From Octopus sinensis (lineage: Eukaryota), in the NCBI RefSeq assembly GCF_006345805.1, contig NC_043008.1:48980001-49044000 (forward strand): a stretch of DNA of 64,000 nt, read 5' to 3'. This document shows, piece by piece, positions 48,594 to 62,298 of the stretch. How positions within the stretch are numbered: the stretch's first letter is position 1; each line of letters begins with the position of its first letter. The position numbers were made by a program, and so were the translations under genes. Below the pieces are notes generated by a model. That model saw only the letters and a list, made by a program, of their open reading frames with translations, searched no databases and was not told where the DNA came from.

Positions 48594-49566
48594 CTGTGTG
48601 CACATACTACTGCATATTAATGTGCGCATATGTACCATTCGTTGTCTGTGAGGTCTGCCAAAAAAAATGACTTGGAACAAGATTCCTGCGGATTTGAAGA
48701 GCCATCGTCGGAAACACGAAATTTTTTTTTTTTCCTTTTATATCCAATGTTATTAGTCTACTTCCGACACGGGTAGACAGCCGTGTGTGTGTGTATATAT
48801 ATATATATGCATAAATATATGCATAGATGTGTAAAGTTGGCAGGCGAGTGTGTACAGAAACAACGACCTTCAATACAAAACGGAAGGGACCACATTAGAA
48901 GCATCCTGGAATCTATGAAGGTCTTCAAAAATTCTAAAGCATTGCGTTTCATTGTTTATAAAATACACCCTACAACGGCAATTAACTCAGTTTAATTGGC
49001 TTCAGTAATTAAAGGTCCCCACCCAACCTCATTGACTTGTAAATTATTATTTGTACCTATACACGGGGAACTTATTTGAATGTCTGACAAAATTCTAAGG
49101 CGTGACGTTTTATGTTTGTGAAATATATCATAAAACAGTAATTAACTCAATTTAATTAACTTCAGTAGTAGCACTTGTGTGAAATGAGGATGTATTTGTA
49201 AATTGGGTGACTGTGACCCGTCCTTATTCCTTGGAACTTCACTGTTTTGTATTTGAGGTCGTTCTTTACCTATACATTTGACAGCTTTAATTACCATATA
49301 TGTGTGTGTATATGTATATATATATATACATACATACAAACGTACACGCTACATAACGAACATTATTACATTAGTTTTTAATTTAAGTGATCTTTATACA
49401 GGCATATATAAATAAAGAGGTCTCAGGCCAGCAGTGTTTGGGGTCTGAAGATATGCCATAAGGCTAAACCCCTTATGAGCGAAAAACCCAGGGTAACCCC
49501 ATAAATCGGCCGTAATATAAACCCTTACGCTTCTCCTCCGGATTTATGTATTTCTAAAAACGATCT

Positions 49567-49597
<31 letters not shown>

Positions 49598-49924
49598 CCG
49601 TGTATATAGGCGATCTGTTTTATTTGGTTTTATTGTCAATCTCACAACCATAGTACCTTATGAAACCACGTATATTAGATAACACACACACACACACGCG
49701 TTTGATTGTGGTGTGTTTGTGCCAATGGCTATTGGGGTTGTACGTCCTTTTGACGGACTTAATCCGAGATGGTTCGTTCAATCCGAACCCGTTGCATCGT
49801 GAAAAGACGTTGATAGCAGTTTAACGCAGACATATTTCGTTATATTCGATTTTATTTAAATTTGCAACAGCATTATATCCTATTGGGGATATTAGGCGTT
49901 ATTATCCTAGGGTGGAAAATTTGA
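45333..49924 (+). CDS. Candidate unannotated 4-exon gene (45333-45351, 45448-45488, 47095-47160, 49871-49924), 59 aa with a C-terminal hydrophobic helix
   Basis: GTAAGT, GTATTT and GTACGT donors and pyrimidine-rich CAG acceptors give an unbroken frame [59 protein letters not shown]. No homology was recognised. Confidence 0.38.
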
Positions 49925-50028
49925 TCCACCGCCCTGTCAGATACCTCCTCCCGGTTCGGTCCTTGGGTGCTTTCCAAACATCCAAAATTTATCCCTCTAA
50001 AGTTTTGGATGTTTGGAAGACTTCCTGT

Positions 50029-50442
50029 GGATCTTTTCGGTTTGAACGGCAGTTTTTAACATAATTTCTAGGTAACTAAAAAATGTTAAACTTCGTATAC
50101 TAGTAGAATGTGTTTATAAAACATCTTTTTCTCTTGGCTTTATTGAGAAAATTCTATAGTTTGTTAGATATTTGTTGTTTTTTTTTTTCTTCAATACTGC
50201 AATTTCAACCAATCACTGACGTCCATTGAGGTAAACAACATTCTGTGCTGTATGAATATGTCCCTCGTTTAAGAAACAGATTGGGTTTATTTACATTTGT
50301 GAAGAAAAAAAAGATACCCTTCTCCCCACTCCTAACCCTAAAATAGATTGAAATGCAATATATCGATACTAGGGTCATAATTATGGGTGACAATTTCATA
50401 TGACACCGCTAGAAAAATCTGCCGTTCAAACCGAAAAGATCC
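50029..50442. mobile_element. Merlin-type MITE
   Basis: 24-bp TIR GGATCTTTTCGGTTTGAACGGCAG and an exact 8-bp TSD CTTCCTGT (50021-50028, 50443-50450). Confidence 0.8.
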
Positions 50443-53400
50443 CTTCCTGTCTTCTAACTCCCTGCCTCAGAAGCTTAGAAAGAATAAAGGGTCATGGTAT
50501 TTTTAAAATTAAGGTCAGTCCAGGTATGGGGGCATATGCTGTTGGAGAACATCGCTGTGTCCACACACACACACACATGGTAGGCTTCTTTCAGTTTCTT
50601 TCTTCCAGGTCCAATCACAAGGCTTTGGTTGACTTAGGTCTTACAGTAGAAGACATTTGCCCAAGGTACCAAGCAGCAGGACTGAACCTGGAACCTGTGA
50701 TTAAGAAGTTTTCTTCCCATCCAGGTTCTGTACATATGCAGGTGCTCCCACATTTGCCTGTCACTGCTTGTCAACTGTCTTAGTTTCTGTGTCCATAAAT
50801 TACAAGGTTTGGCAACATGATTGGATTGACTCAACCGTTCACGGCAGTGCCCCAGCATGGCCACAGTCCAATGATTGAAACCGGTAAAAGAATAAATGGC
50901 TGAGTGCTCTGCCTTGCTGAAACCTGATGTTCAACTGTAACATTATTCTTTTCTACGCTAGGTGCAAGGCCTGAAATTTTTGGGGAGGAGGCCAGTTGAT
51001 TAGATCGTCCCCAGTATGCAACTGGTACTTAATTTATCGACCCCGAAAGGATGAAAGGCAAAGTCGACCTTGGCGGAATTTGAACTCAGAATGTAAAAAT
51101 AGACGAAATACCTATTTCTTTAATACCCACAAGGGGCTAAACACAGAGGGGACAAACAAGGACAGACAAATGGATTAAGTTGATTATATTGACCCCAGTG
51201 CATAACTGGTACTTAATGTATTGACCCCGAAAGGATGAAAGGCAAAGTCGACCCCAGCGGAATTTGAACTTAGAACATAGCGGCAGACGAAATACCGCTA
51301 AAAATTTCACCCGGCATGCTAATGACTCTGCTAGCTCATTGCCTTTGACATATTCTTTTTTACTTTAGGCACAAGGCCCGAAATTTTTGGGGAGGGAACC
51401 AGTCAATTAGATCGACCCCAGTATGCAACTGGTACTTAATTTATCTACCCCGAAAGGATGAAAGGCGAAGTCAACCCCATTAGAATTTGAACTCAGAACT
51501 TAAAAACAGACAAAACATTGCTAGGTATTTCACCCGGTTTGGTAACAACTACCAGTTCGCCGCCTTGAGACCAACTTAATAATAACAAAGCTATTTTACT
51601 AAATTCGGCAGGAATGTAATAGCAAAAGAGTTAAATATTGTAGGACTCCATCAGTCTATGTATTCTGTAACTCACTTGGAAGTTACCCTTGTTTGTGATC
51701 TCAATTAAAACCAACCATCAAAATTTTGTGTTAATTTATGTTCCAAACACCAAATTGATTAATGACAAAGTTATTTTATTGAATTCTTCATTATTTTCAA
51801 AATTAATTTGAAAGAAAGGTAGTCGATTTCAGCAGAAATCATTATCATCATTAGCCTTTCATTCTGGCATGGGTTGGATGATTTGACTGAGGATTGGCGA
51901 GCCAGAAGGCTACACCAGGCTCCAATCTGATTTGGCAAGGTTTCTGCAGCTGGCTGCCCTTCCTGACGCCAACCACTCCAAGTGTGTAGTGGGTGCTTTT
52001 TACATAACACAGGCACAGGGGCCGGTCAGGTGGCACTGGCATTGACCACACTCGAATGATGTTTTTTACATGTCACCGGCGCGGGAGCCAGTCAGGTGGC
52101 ACTGGCATCGACCATGCTTGAATGGTGCTTTTTACATGCCACCAGCACTGGTATATGGTAACAAATGGGTTAAACAAATGAATGCAGTTTTTGTGAGGTA
52201 CCATCTACAACATTCAAAGGACTGAGATCTAATTTCTTTAAAACTCCTGGCTGCAAAATGCAACTTTATGGCTGTGTCTTCTGAACTCTCTGCAAAAGAA
52301 TTTGACAAAATAAGGGTTGAAGGTACACCAGGAAAAAAAAAAGGGTTTTTAGTAGATACAGACTGGACCAAACACCTAAAATCCAATATTGAGTAAAGGT
52401 GGACCGAGTTCCTGCAAATAAGTGTTAGCTTTGGGAATGTACCAGTTGAACTAACAATAAGTACAATAAGATGAACGATGGACAGGCAGTTGTTAACGGC
52501 ATCAAATCACTTATGAAATAGCTACACGGAAGTGGATATAAAAATATGCAAATTTAGTAGGGAAAAAAAAAAAGGAAAAATTTGACAAAGAAATATTTAT
52601 ACTTGAAGAGTCATGTCTGACTACTTGAAAATAGAATAGTGGGCTTGGATATGTGAATAAAATGTTTTATTTGCTACCATTGTTTTGGTATTAAATCTAA
52701 AAGACTGTTAGTGATTGTAATCAGGATATCCTTTTATGTTCTGTTGCTGTTAATAACGAGGTCAGCAAGCAGGAGGCTACTTTGCCAGTTACTCCTCAGA
52801 AGCATTTATTATTTTTGTAAAGTATAGACATGGCCTCGGAGAACGTCCAGCAACGGGTATCACCTACAGCAAGGGTGAGAAAAAAGGCTGTTTTTAATTG
52901 GCGTGTAAATTATGCCAGGAGCCCACAGGATACCATTATACACCAGGTAAAGAACCATTTTCCAGTGCCATTTATTCTAAGTTCTTTCAGCTGTGTCGGA
53001 ACTTCTTTTGTCGTGTGTCTTGTGCACTTGTTTACACTGTAATTAGCAACAGATCCAATTTAGTTTTAGTTCATTGTAGAAGCACTGACAACTTTATCCA
53101 AGCTGGTATTGTTAAATGGAACGGTTTTGTCATTAAACCATTGCGATGACATCAGCACGGCTCAATGGTTCCTTTCTTCGTGTTTTGTGGATCTTTGGTA
53201 CATTTTGGTACGCTATAGGTTCCATTATTCTTCTCTGGTATCTCACCTAAAAGAATAACATGTAATTTTACTCCTAAAGAAAGTGGCAGGCTGGCAGAAT
53301 CATTAGCATAAAATTCTTAGCAGCATTTCATCTGGCTTTAGGTGCTGAGTTCAAATTCTGCCAAGGTGAACTTTGCCTTTTTTTTCTCCTTATGGGGTCA

Positions 53401-54452
53401 ATAAAATAAGTACCAGTTGAACACTGGGGTCAGTGTAATCGACAAGCCCCACCCCACTCCAACGAAATTGCTGGCCTTGTGCCAAAAATTGAAACTATTA
53501 TTATTCTTTAACAAAGTTTAGGTGAAGGTGTGTGGCCTAGTGGTTAGGGGTGTTGCACTCACGATTGGTAGATCGTGGGTTCCATTCGCAAACTGGGCAG
53601 CATGTTGTGTTCTTGAAGAAAACACTTCCTTTCACATTGCTTCAGTCCACTCAGCTGTAAATGGATCACTCTGAGTCAGACTGGCTTTCTGTTCAAACGA
53701 TGCTAAGTGCACTGTGACCAGTGATGTATAACAACATTCGATAGGCTGCTTGATAACATGATGCTGTGAAGAAAGTTTATTAAAGAAATAATGTAATAGG
53801 AATTTAGGTTAACTCTTTTACACGTTTCAGTCATTTGACTATGGCCATGCTGGAACACCACCTTTAGTTAAACAAATCGACCCCAGGACTTATTCTTTGT
53901 AAGCCTAGTACTTATTCCATCAGTCTCTTTTGCCGAAACACTAAGTTATGGGGACATAAACACGCCAACATTAGTTGTCAAGCGACGGTGGGGGGACAAA
54001 CACACACAAATATACACATATATATTTATAGATAAATTCCTGTATTTTACATAATACTGAGGTCTCATTCATCCTTTTGTTGTCATATCATTATCATTAA
54101 TATATATATATGCAGGTGGCACGTAAAAAACACCCACTACACTCGCGGAGTGGTTGGCGTTAGGAAGGGCATCCAGCCGTAGAAACACTGCCAGATCTGA
54201 CTGGGCCTGACGAAGCCTTCCAGCTTCACAGACCCCAGTTGACCCGTCCAACCCATGCTAGCATGGAAAGCGGACGCTAAATGATGATTATGATGATGAT
54301 GATGATATGATGGGCTTCTTTCAGTTTCCATCTACCAAATCCACTTACAAGGTTTTGGTTGGGCCCAAGGTGCCATGTAGTGGGACTGAACCCAGAACCA
54401 TGTGGTTGGGAAGCAAGCTTCTTACCACACAGCCACTCCTGCGCCTCTTTAA

Positions 54453-54645
54453 CCCTTTTGATACCAACCCGGCCAAAACCACCTCTGGCTCTGTAGTACA
54501 AAATCTTCCACCAAACCTTAGTCACAATTTATGTTCCCAACACTAGCTTAATGGTAACTAAGTTCTTTTACTAAATTCTTTCTTATATTTAAAATTAATT
54601 GACTGAAACACAAAGCATCGCAAAATAAATACGGTAACGAAAGGG
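54453..54645. mobile_element. piggyBac-type MITE (second family)
   Basis: TTAA TSD, CCCTTT..AAAGGG ends; related copies near 55970 and 56590-56760. Confidence 0.7.
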
Positions 54646-57600
54646 TTAAGGAAATACGCAGATTATTATTCTCCTTAAGTTTATTAAAGAATTAACATAT
54701 AGCCCTTTTCTAAGTTTGAGCAGTTTTTAAAACCCCAACCAAATTAAGTGGAGAAGAGATTCGAAAGAGAAGCCCTGCATTTGTAAAATAATTAGGGAAG
54801 TTTGTTATTATAACAAGAATAAGAATGAGGCAGCGAGCTGGCAGAATCGTTAGCACGCCGGGTGAAATGCTTAGCGGTATTTTGTCTGTCGTTCAAATTC
54901 TGCCGAGGTCGACTTTGCCTTTCATCCTTTTGGGTCGATAAGTAAAATACCAATTTTGCACTGGGGGCGATATAATCGACTTAATCCCTTTGTCTGTCCT
55001 TGTTTGTCCCCTCTATGTTTAGCCCCTTGTGGGCAGTAAAGAAATATATAACAAGAATAAGTGTTGGAATTGATTTTGGAATGCTTGTTATTATTGTTCA
55101 AGTATGACGTAATGGAGCAGAAACTTTCATCACAACTGCTGGTAAATAAGGAAAGTTTATTTTTGTATTTTACAGAGAGTGGGACTTGTGGCAGGGGGTG
55201 GGGGTGGGGTCTGTTGTGTTGGCGAGCAGCGCTTAAGTAGAACTCAAGTTAGTTCTATGCTGGTGTTTAAATGTAACTTAATATGGGATACATCTTCATG
55301 TGGATATTGTTTTGGGTATGATTGTATTAGAAATATTGTTGGTTACTCTGGACCACATTCTCACACACACACACACACACACACCACACACACACACACA
55401 TGTACATTTACATGCTTGTGGATGTATGTACATAGCTCACATGCATGAACAAACACAAATCAGACACTCACATGCATGCAATTTTCAAAAACAAATAAAT
55501 TTGTGAAATATAAAAGAAACATTAAATTGGACTGTTTTACAATCTTCTTTTTCATTAACAAAATTAAGATGTTTGTTTGTTTTTTTTTTATTGGAGGGAA
55601 TCCTTGCAGAATGGTTTTTCATCTTTGCTAGCATCTTTGCATTATTAGCGAAAGATTTTTTTTTCACATAACAGGCAGAAAGGCAAATAATGGTATCATT
55701 GTCATGATTTAACATCCGTTTTCCATGCTAGCCTAGGCAAGAGGATTTGTCTGGAGCTGCACCTGGCCCCACTTGACTTTTTTGGCCTGGTTTCTACAGC
55801 TGGATGCCCTTCTTAGTGCCAGCCACTCCACTGAATGTACTAAATGCCTTTTATGTGTCACCAGCATGGGTGCCCTATATGTGTCACTGGCACAGGTGCC
55901 CTTTATGTGACCAATTGCTCTGATTTTTATCCAAAACACTTCCAGTGAGCCCAACCTTTTTCTTCTAATTAACCCTTTTAATTCCAGCCTGCTTGAGACA
56001 GCCCCTACTTCTATGACAAAAAATTCTCAGTTTTAGAATGATTTCACCTAAAGCCTTCAAACAAAATTTCATGTCCTAACACCAGGTTAATTATGACAAA
56101 GCTGAGCACTAATTGTGGAAAAGACCTGTGGAAAGGTGTAAATCCAGGTAGACGTGGGACAAAGTGGTGAGAGTCTTCAGATGTAGGGCCTCACCGAGGA
56201 AATGACAAGGGACCAGGAGATGTGGTGATTTGCTGTACTTGATAAGACATGTGAAACTAAATAAAACCATTGTCTCCCACACGTGCAGGCTTGTCCTTTC
56301 AGATGCCAGTGTCACATAAAAAACACCTGTGCCAGTGCTGCATAAACACACCTGTACAGGTGACCCGTAAAAACACCCAGCACTCTCTGCTAAGTGGTTG
56401 GCATTATAGGAAGGACATCCAGTCATGGAAACCATTCCACAACAGACACCTGAAGTCTGGATAGCTCCCTGCTCGCAAATGCCATGTCAAACCGTCCAAC
56501 CCATGCCAGCAGGAAAAGCAGAGGTTAATCAATGATGGTTTTAATAAATTCTTCATGTTTTTCATTCTTCATTGAAACAAAAGTAGCTTAAGGGTTAAAA
56601 GTGAGCTAAATTAAAACCATCAATTAAGATTTCCTGTTAATTTTATATTCCAAACACCAGATTAGTAACAACAAACTTATTTTAATAAGTTCTTTGTTTT
56701 CAAAATTAATTGAAATAAAGGTCAATCTATTCCAGTTGAAATATGGTAAGAAAAGGGTTAATCTTGAGGTTTGTTGTAAAATGGGAGAAAAGGGGTTTTT
56801 GGGGGGTCTTTGTTGAAGCTTGTACTGTTAGAGTACAGCAACGGCAGAAGTATGCCAGACACAAATAAAAACAAACACACCCAAATATATGCACACACAC
56901 TCACTCACACTCACTCACATACCTTCACACACACGCTCAAACACGCACACCCTCAAACACACACACTCACACACTCTCAAACACACACACACACACACAC
57001 ATACTCAAACACACATGCACACACACTCACACGTACTCAAACATGCATGCACACACACGCATATGCACACACACACACTCTCACTCACACCCCACACACA
57101 CTCACTCACATACCTTCACACACACACTCAAACACACACCTTCACACACACTCTCACAGACACACTCACACACAGTATTTCAACATGTGTGTGCTTGTTC
57201 ATGTGTGAGACATAACAAAGTGGAAAAAACCAAAATAAACTTCTTGTACACGCCAACGGCTCTGATGAAAGACTGTGGCTTATTACATCACATTCTAAAA
57301 ATATTGACCAATCCAAAATTTACAAATATAGTTTTACTTGCAAATAACAAACTTTGTTAACTAATTGACGAATATCTCGTTTCACCTTTAACGAGTTTGT
57401 TTGCCACTTAGTTCGGGCTGGAGTTGTGAAAGTTTTGCGACTTTATAGACCCCTTGTGTAATGTGAATTAAGGCTTATTTATTATTTAAAGGACTTGCAA
57501 TGTGCTTTAAGGATTTTTTAAAGGGAATTTGCAATGTGGGTTAATGTTTATTTAAGGGACTTATAATGTTCATTAAGGTTTATTTAAGGGATTTGCAATG

Positions 57601-57997
57601 TGAATTAAGGTTTATTTATGGAAGTACCATATAAAGGGAAATTCTTCTGTTTAAGGGAATAGCTATGTGAATTTAGTTTTATTCAAGGCTTACCAAATAA
57701 TATGAATTAAGATCTAAGGGAACAGCTATGAAAATTAGGGTTTACTACAGAAGTAACACAATATGAATAAAGGTTCATTTTAAAGAATAGCTTATAATGT
57801 TAAGGGACTACTGTATTTGGTGACATATTTGAAGCACTTTTTTCTCCCCAAAAATGTCTCAAAACAGAAATCACTCTGGGTCCCGTAAACTAATTTTGAT
57901 CCTAATGCCTACTTTTTCCTGAATAATTCCTACTGAAACTTTGGTGATTCCAGTATTCTGATTATGGTAGAACATGTATTTTCATGTGTTGTAAAAA

Positions 57998-58132
57998 TAT
58001 ATACAAATGAGCTGAGTGTGTTGGGTAGATATATGCAAATGAGCTGAGTGTGTTGGGTAGATATATGCAAATGAGCTGAGTGTGTTGGGTAGATATATGC
58101 AAATGAGCTGGGTATGTTGTGAAGATATATGC
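57998..58132. repeat. 32-bp minisatellite (about 4 units), with an octamer ATGCAAAT in three units
   Basis: Unit ATATATGCAAATGAGCTGAGTGTGTTGGGTAG. Confidence 0.9.
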
Positions 58133-59075
58133 TTGGTCGTTTTGTTTATGTTGTTCCAGCTGGGCCATTCCAATATATTTAGTAAGTGAAGGGCAACAAA
58201 CCAGCAGAATCGTGAGCATGCCAAGCTAAATGCGTAGTGGCATTCCGTTTGTCTATACATTCTGAGTTCAAATTCTACCGGGGTCGACTTTGCCTTTCAT
58301 CTTTTTGGAGGTCCATAAAATAAGTACCAGTTATGCACTGGGGTTGATATAATCGGTTTAAGCCCTTCCTTAAAGTTTCTGGCCTTGTGCCAAAATTTGA
58401 TGCCAATATATTTAGTAAGTGGATCCGGAGAAGTCCAAGAGGTACTGACTCAACTGGACATTGACTGTCTCAGTTACTGGGGCTCATAGTGCCTGATACT
58501 CAGTTCCCATAATGTACAAATGACCGAGATCATGTTTTCCTTGAAGGGGACACAAATAAGGTTCCTCATTTTTACAGCTGAGTGGACTGAAACAGCATGA
58601 AATGAAGAATTTTGTTCAAGGAAACACCACACAGCCTAGTCCGAGAATTGAAACCACAATCCTGTAAATGGGAGGGCAACATTGTAACCACTAGGCTGCC
58701 GTATTCCTTCACAACTGACAACACACACTTGTTTTGTTGTCTGTACTGAGTGGATATGGGCAAGCATAGTTTTTTTTCCTGGGGTTGCTACTCAGGAACT
58801 GTTGTAGTGTTGGAGGAGACAGGGAAAAGAAGAGCTGAGTAATTTCAGAGTTGGTCTGTTGAGTGGATTTGATCAAGGGTGGTTTTGTAATTTATTGCTC
58901 AGTGGTAGCAGGAACTTTTGTAGCAATGGTAGCTGAGGCAGAGAAAGGAAGACAGTCCGTTTATGGGTTGACTAGTGAGATGGTGATGCGATGGGGGAGT
59001 GAAAGTTTACCAGGCATTCGAATGACATTTCTTTTATATTTTATACGTGATCTAAATTAGAATGAATGAATGAAT

Positions 59076-59119
<44 letters not shown>

Positions 59120-59237
59120 CAGATTGTAACTGCAGCTGCTGCACTGTCCCAGATCTGTGGACAGTAAACACTTCCAGGAATATAGGTTAAACATGTGAAG
59201 TTGGTGACTTGGCACAGTGGTTAGAGAGTTGCATAAG

Positions 59238-59428
59238 ATCATCATCATCATCTTCATCACCATCACTATCATCATCATATTGATCATCATCATCATCATC
59301 ATGGTCATCATATTGATCATCACCATCGTCACCATCATCATCTTCATCACCACCATCATCATCATCATCACCACCATCATCATCATCATCATCATCATCG
59401 TCATCATTATCATCATCATCATCATCAA
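59238..59428. repeat. (CAT)n tract
   Basis: Seen directly in the sequence. Confidence 0.95.
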
Positions 59429-60621
59429 TGTTTGTTTTCCCATGCTGGCATGGGTTGGGTGGTTTGACAGGAGCCGGCAAGCGACAGGGCTGCATCCATC
59501 CCCATTGTCATCTTTGGCTTGTTTTCTAAGTTTAGATGCCCTCCCTAATGTCAACCTCTTTATAATGTGCACTGGGTGCTTTTCTTTCATGCCAATGGCA
59601 CGAATGAGGTTACCATCTCGTGTTTGTTTTTTTGTAATCCCTGTCTATGCTTTGAGCTCAAAACATGTTAATAACAACTTTGCCTTCATAAGGCAGTAGA
59701 TTATTGGAATTGTTCAAGTGCTAGACCAATACTTTTGTGGTCATCATCATCATCATCGTCGTTTAACGTCCGCTTTCCATGCTAGCATGGGTTGGATGAT
59801 TTTGACTGAGGGTTGGTGAACCAGATGGCTGCACCAGGCTTCAATCTTGATCTGGCAGAGTTTTCTACAGCTGGATGCCCTTCCTAACGTGGTATTTGTT
59901 CCAATTCTTTGTGTTCTGATGACAGCAGAATGGTGACAGCAATTATGGTGACACTGATGCTAAAAACTGTGTCTGTGCTTGCATGGGTAACCAGTGAACC
60001 CCTACGAAAAAATCCTTCCTTGGGCTGGGCCTTTGAGAAAAGCTTTTGAGGTGTAGGTACTCAGAATGTATATGGAGTACAATAAAGGTTGTGCTTTGTT
60101 AAGGTTCACATCTGTTCATATCAGAAGCATTTTGAAGCCCCAAAGAGGAAGCTTTGTATCTGGGATCTGAGTGTTAAACCTTTGTGGGATTTTAATACTG
60201 AGTAGAGAACTGGAATGAATACCACAAGGCATTCTAGCCAGTATAACTCCACAACACTTTATCTCATTTGCATATGTATATCTGCATGTGACATCCAGTG
60301 AGTTAAAAAAAAATCCTTTACTTGTAAATCTAAGTGGGGGGGGGATCGTTGGTGACGAGGAGGGGCTCCAGCCTTGAAATACTGCTTCAAAGAAGTCTCC
60401 TTCTGACTCATGCCAGCATAGAAGCACAGATGTAAAACAAACAAACATGTGAACAAAGTGTATCTAAATAGATCAACTAGTTTGATGATGCTGACACATT
60501 TTCAAATTATGTTCTTTTTACTTGCACAAACCTACACACACACAACACACACAATGCACACAACATACACAACACATGCTCTTTCTCTCTCTCTCATATA
60601 CACTCATGTATCCTCACCCAC

Positions 60622-60665
<44 letters not shown>

Positions 60666-62298
60666 ATGTCACGGTTGTATTGATTTCTTCAACCTACATG
60701 CAAAAAAGATAATTAGTTGTTTAAAAGTCCAGAAGTTGAAGAAGATTTCAATGAAGTTCTGTGGTAAGTCTTGAGAGAAAACAAGTTGTAAATGCAAGGC
60801 ATTGTGGGGAAAAAGGTCATCCTTTTAATGTTTGTTTTGTGGCAGGAATAAAACTCTGAATGCCATCATCATCATCATCATTACCATCAATACGATCACT
60901 ATCATCATCCATCTGCTTTCCATGCTGGAATGGGTTGGACATTTTGACAGAGTCCAAGAGATTGAAGGACCTCATTTTGTTTCATCTCAAATGAGATGAG
61001 TGTGTTGTGCCGGTGGCACGTAAAACGCACCCACTACACTCTCGGAGTGGTTGGCGTTAGGAAGGGCATCCAGCTGTAGAAACACTACCAAATCAAGATT
61101 GGAGCCTGGTGCAGCCATCTGGTTCGCCAGCCCTCAGTCAAAATCGTCCAACCCATGCTAGCATGGAAAGCGGACATTAAACGATGATGATGATGATGAT
61201 GTCTTGGTGTTTGGTATGTTTCCTGTGGCTGGATGCTCACCCTAGCAATGACCACTCTGCAGAGTGTGCTGGGTGTTTTCTTTGTGGTACCAGCACTAAT
61301 GAGGTTGTTTTGTAAATTGCAAGACTTAAAGAGCCCTCTTGATTGAGAGCAAGAGAGAGAGAGGGGGGGTGAGGCTAATAATGTAGGGCCAGCTCTTTAG
61401 TGTTGAGAGATTAACTCTTTAGCAGCTCAACCAGGCATATCCGGTCCAAATACTCTACGTTTTATGTCCAGCCTGGCCAGATCTGGCACCTCACACCAAA
61501 CCTACACTCATTCTAAAAATAAGCAATCACTTCACCAAAATCTCAAAGTTGCGAGATAATGCCAGATTAATCCAAGACAGTGTGAATAAATAAGGATTAC
61601 ATTTGACAAGATAATCTGAATGCTAAACGGTTAAAATATGGTGGGAAGGGAACAGGAATTGGTTTACCATTGTGGAGGAAATATCAAGGTTGCTTTTATG
61701 TGGGTAGATGAAGTAGGGTGGAGTAGATCCAGTAGAATAATAAATATAGTGTCAACCGTACTGGTATATTTAATGATCTGCTTGAAATAGTATTCCTTAT
61801 GTGGTCCCCGTTTCTAAGTGGTGACTGGTACCTACCTATTGTACAACATTGCCAGGTATGACAGTGATATGTTATGGCTGTGTGAGTCTATTTTGATAGC
61901 ATTATGATGCCACTTTGGCCTATTTGAGGATAGGTGTACTTGTAATGGAGGTGGGAGCTGCTTTTAGCCAGTCACACTGGCTCTTCACCAATCAGGGCAA
62001 CACAGCCAGGGAGACACCTGGCCTCTAAAGTGGTCGTGCAGTATTCTAGAAATAGCAGCAGGCCAGACCTGCCTTGAATTACATTAGCAAGATAAATTTA
62101 TGATATTGTGGTGTTATGTACACTATGTTCGGTGCACAAAGACTGGATGGTCATGATTGGAACGTCTTTGATGGTAGGTCTATTTGATCAGCAGTGATCT
62201 GATGCTAAACATCTTCATGTCAAGAAGCTATGAGGTGACTTCTCCTCCTCCTCCTCTTCCTCCTTTCCTTTTTTTCACTTTCCCCTTTCTCCTCCTCT

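Noticed and set aside
49730-49765. GVVRPFD matching GVVRPFE at about 41890 (possible inverted paralogs)
   Set aside because: A 17/21-nt match with no extension; expected by chance in this much sequence.
55180-55210. G-quadruplex candidate
   Set aside because: Only three closely spaced G-runs, a long first loop, and no supporting context.
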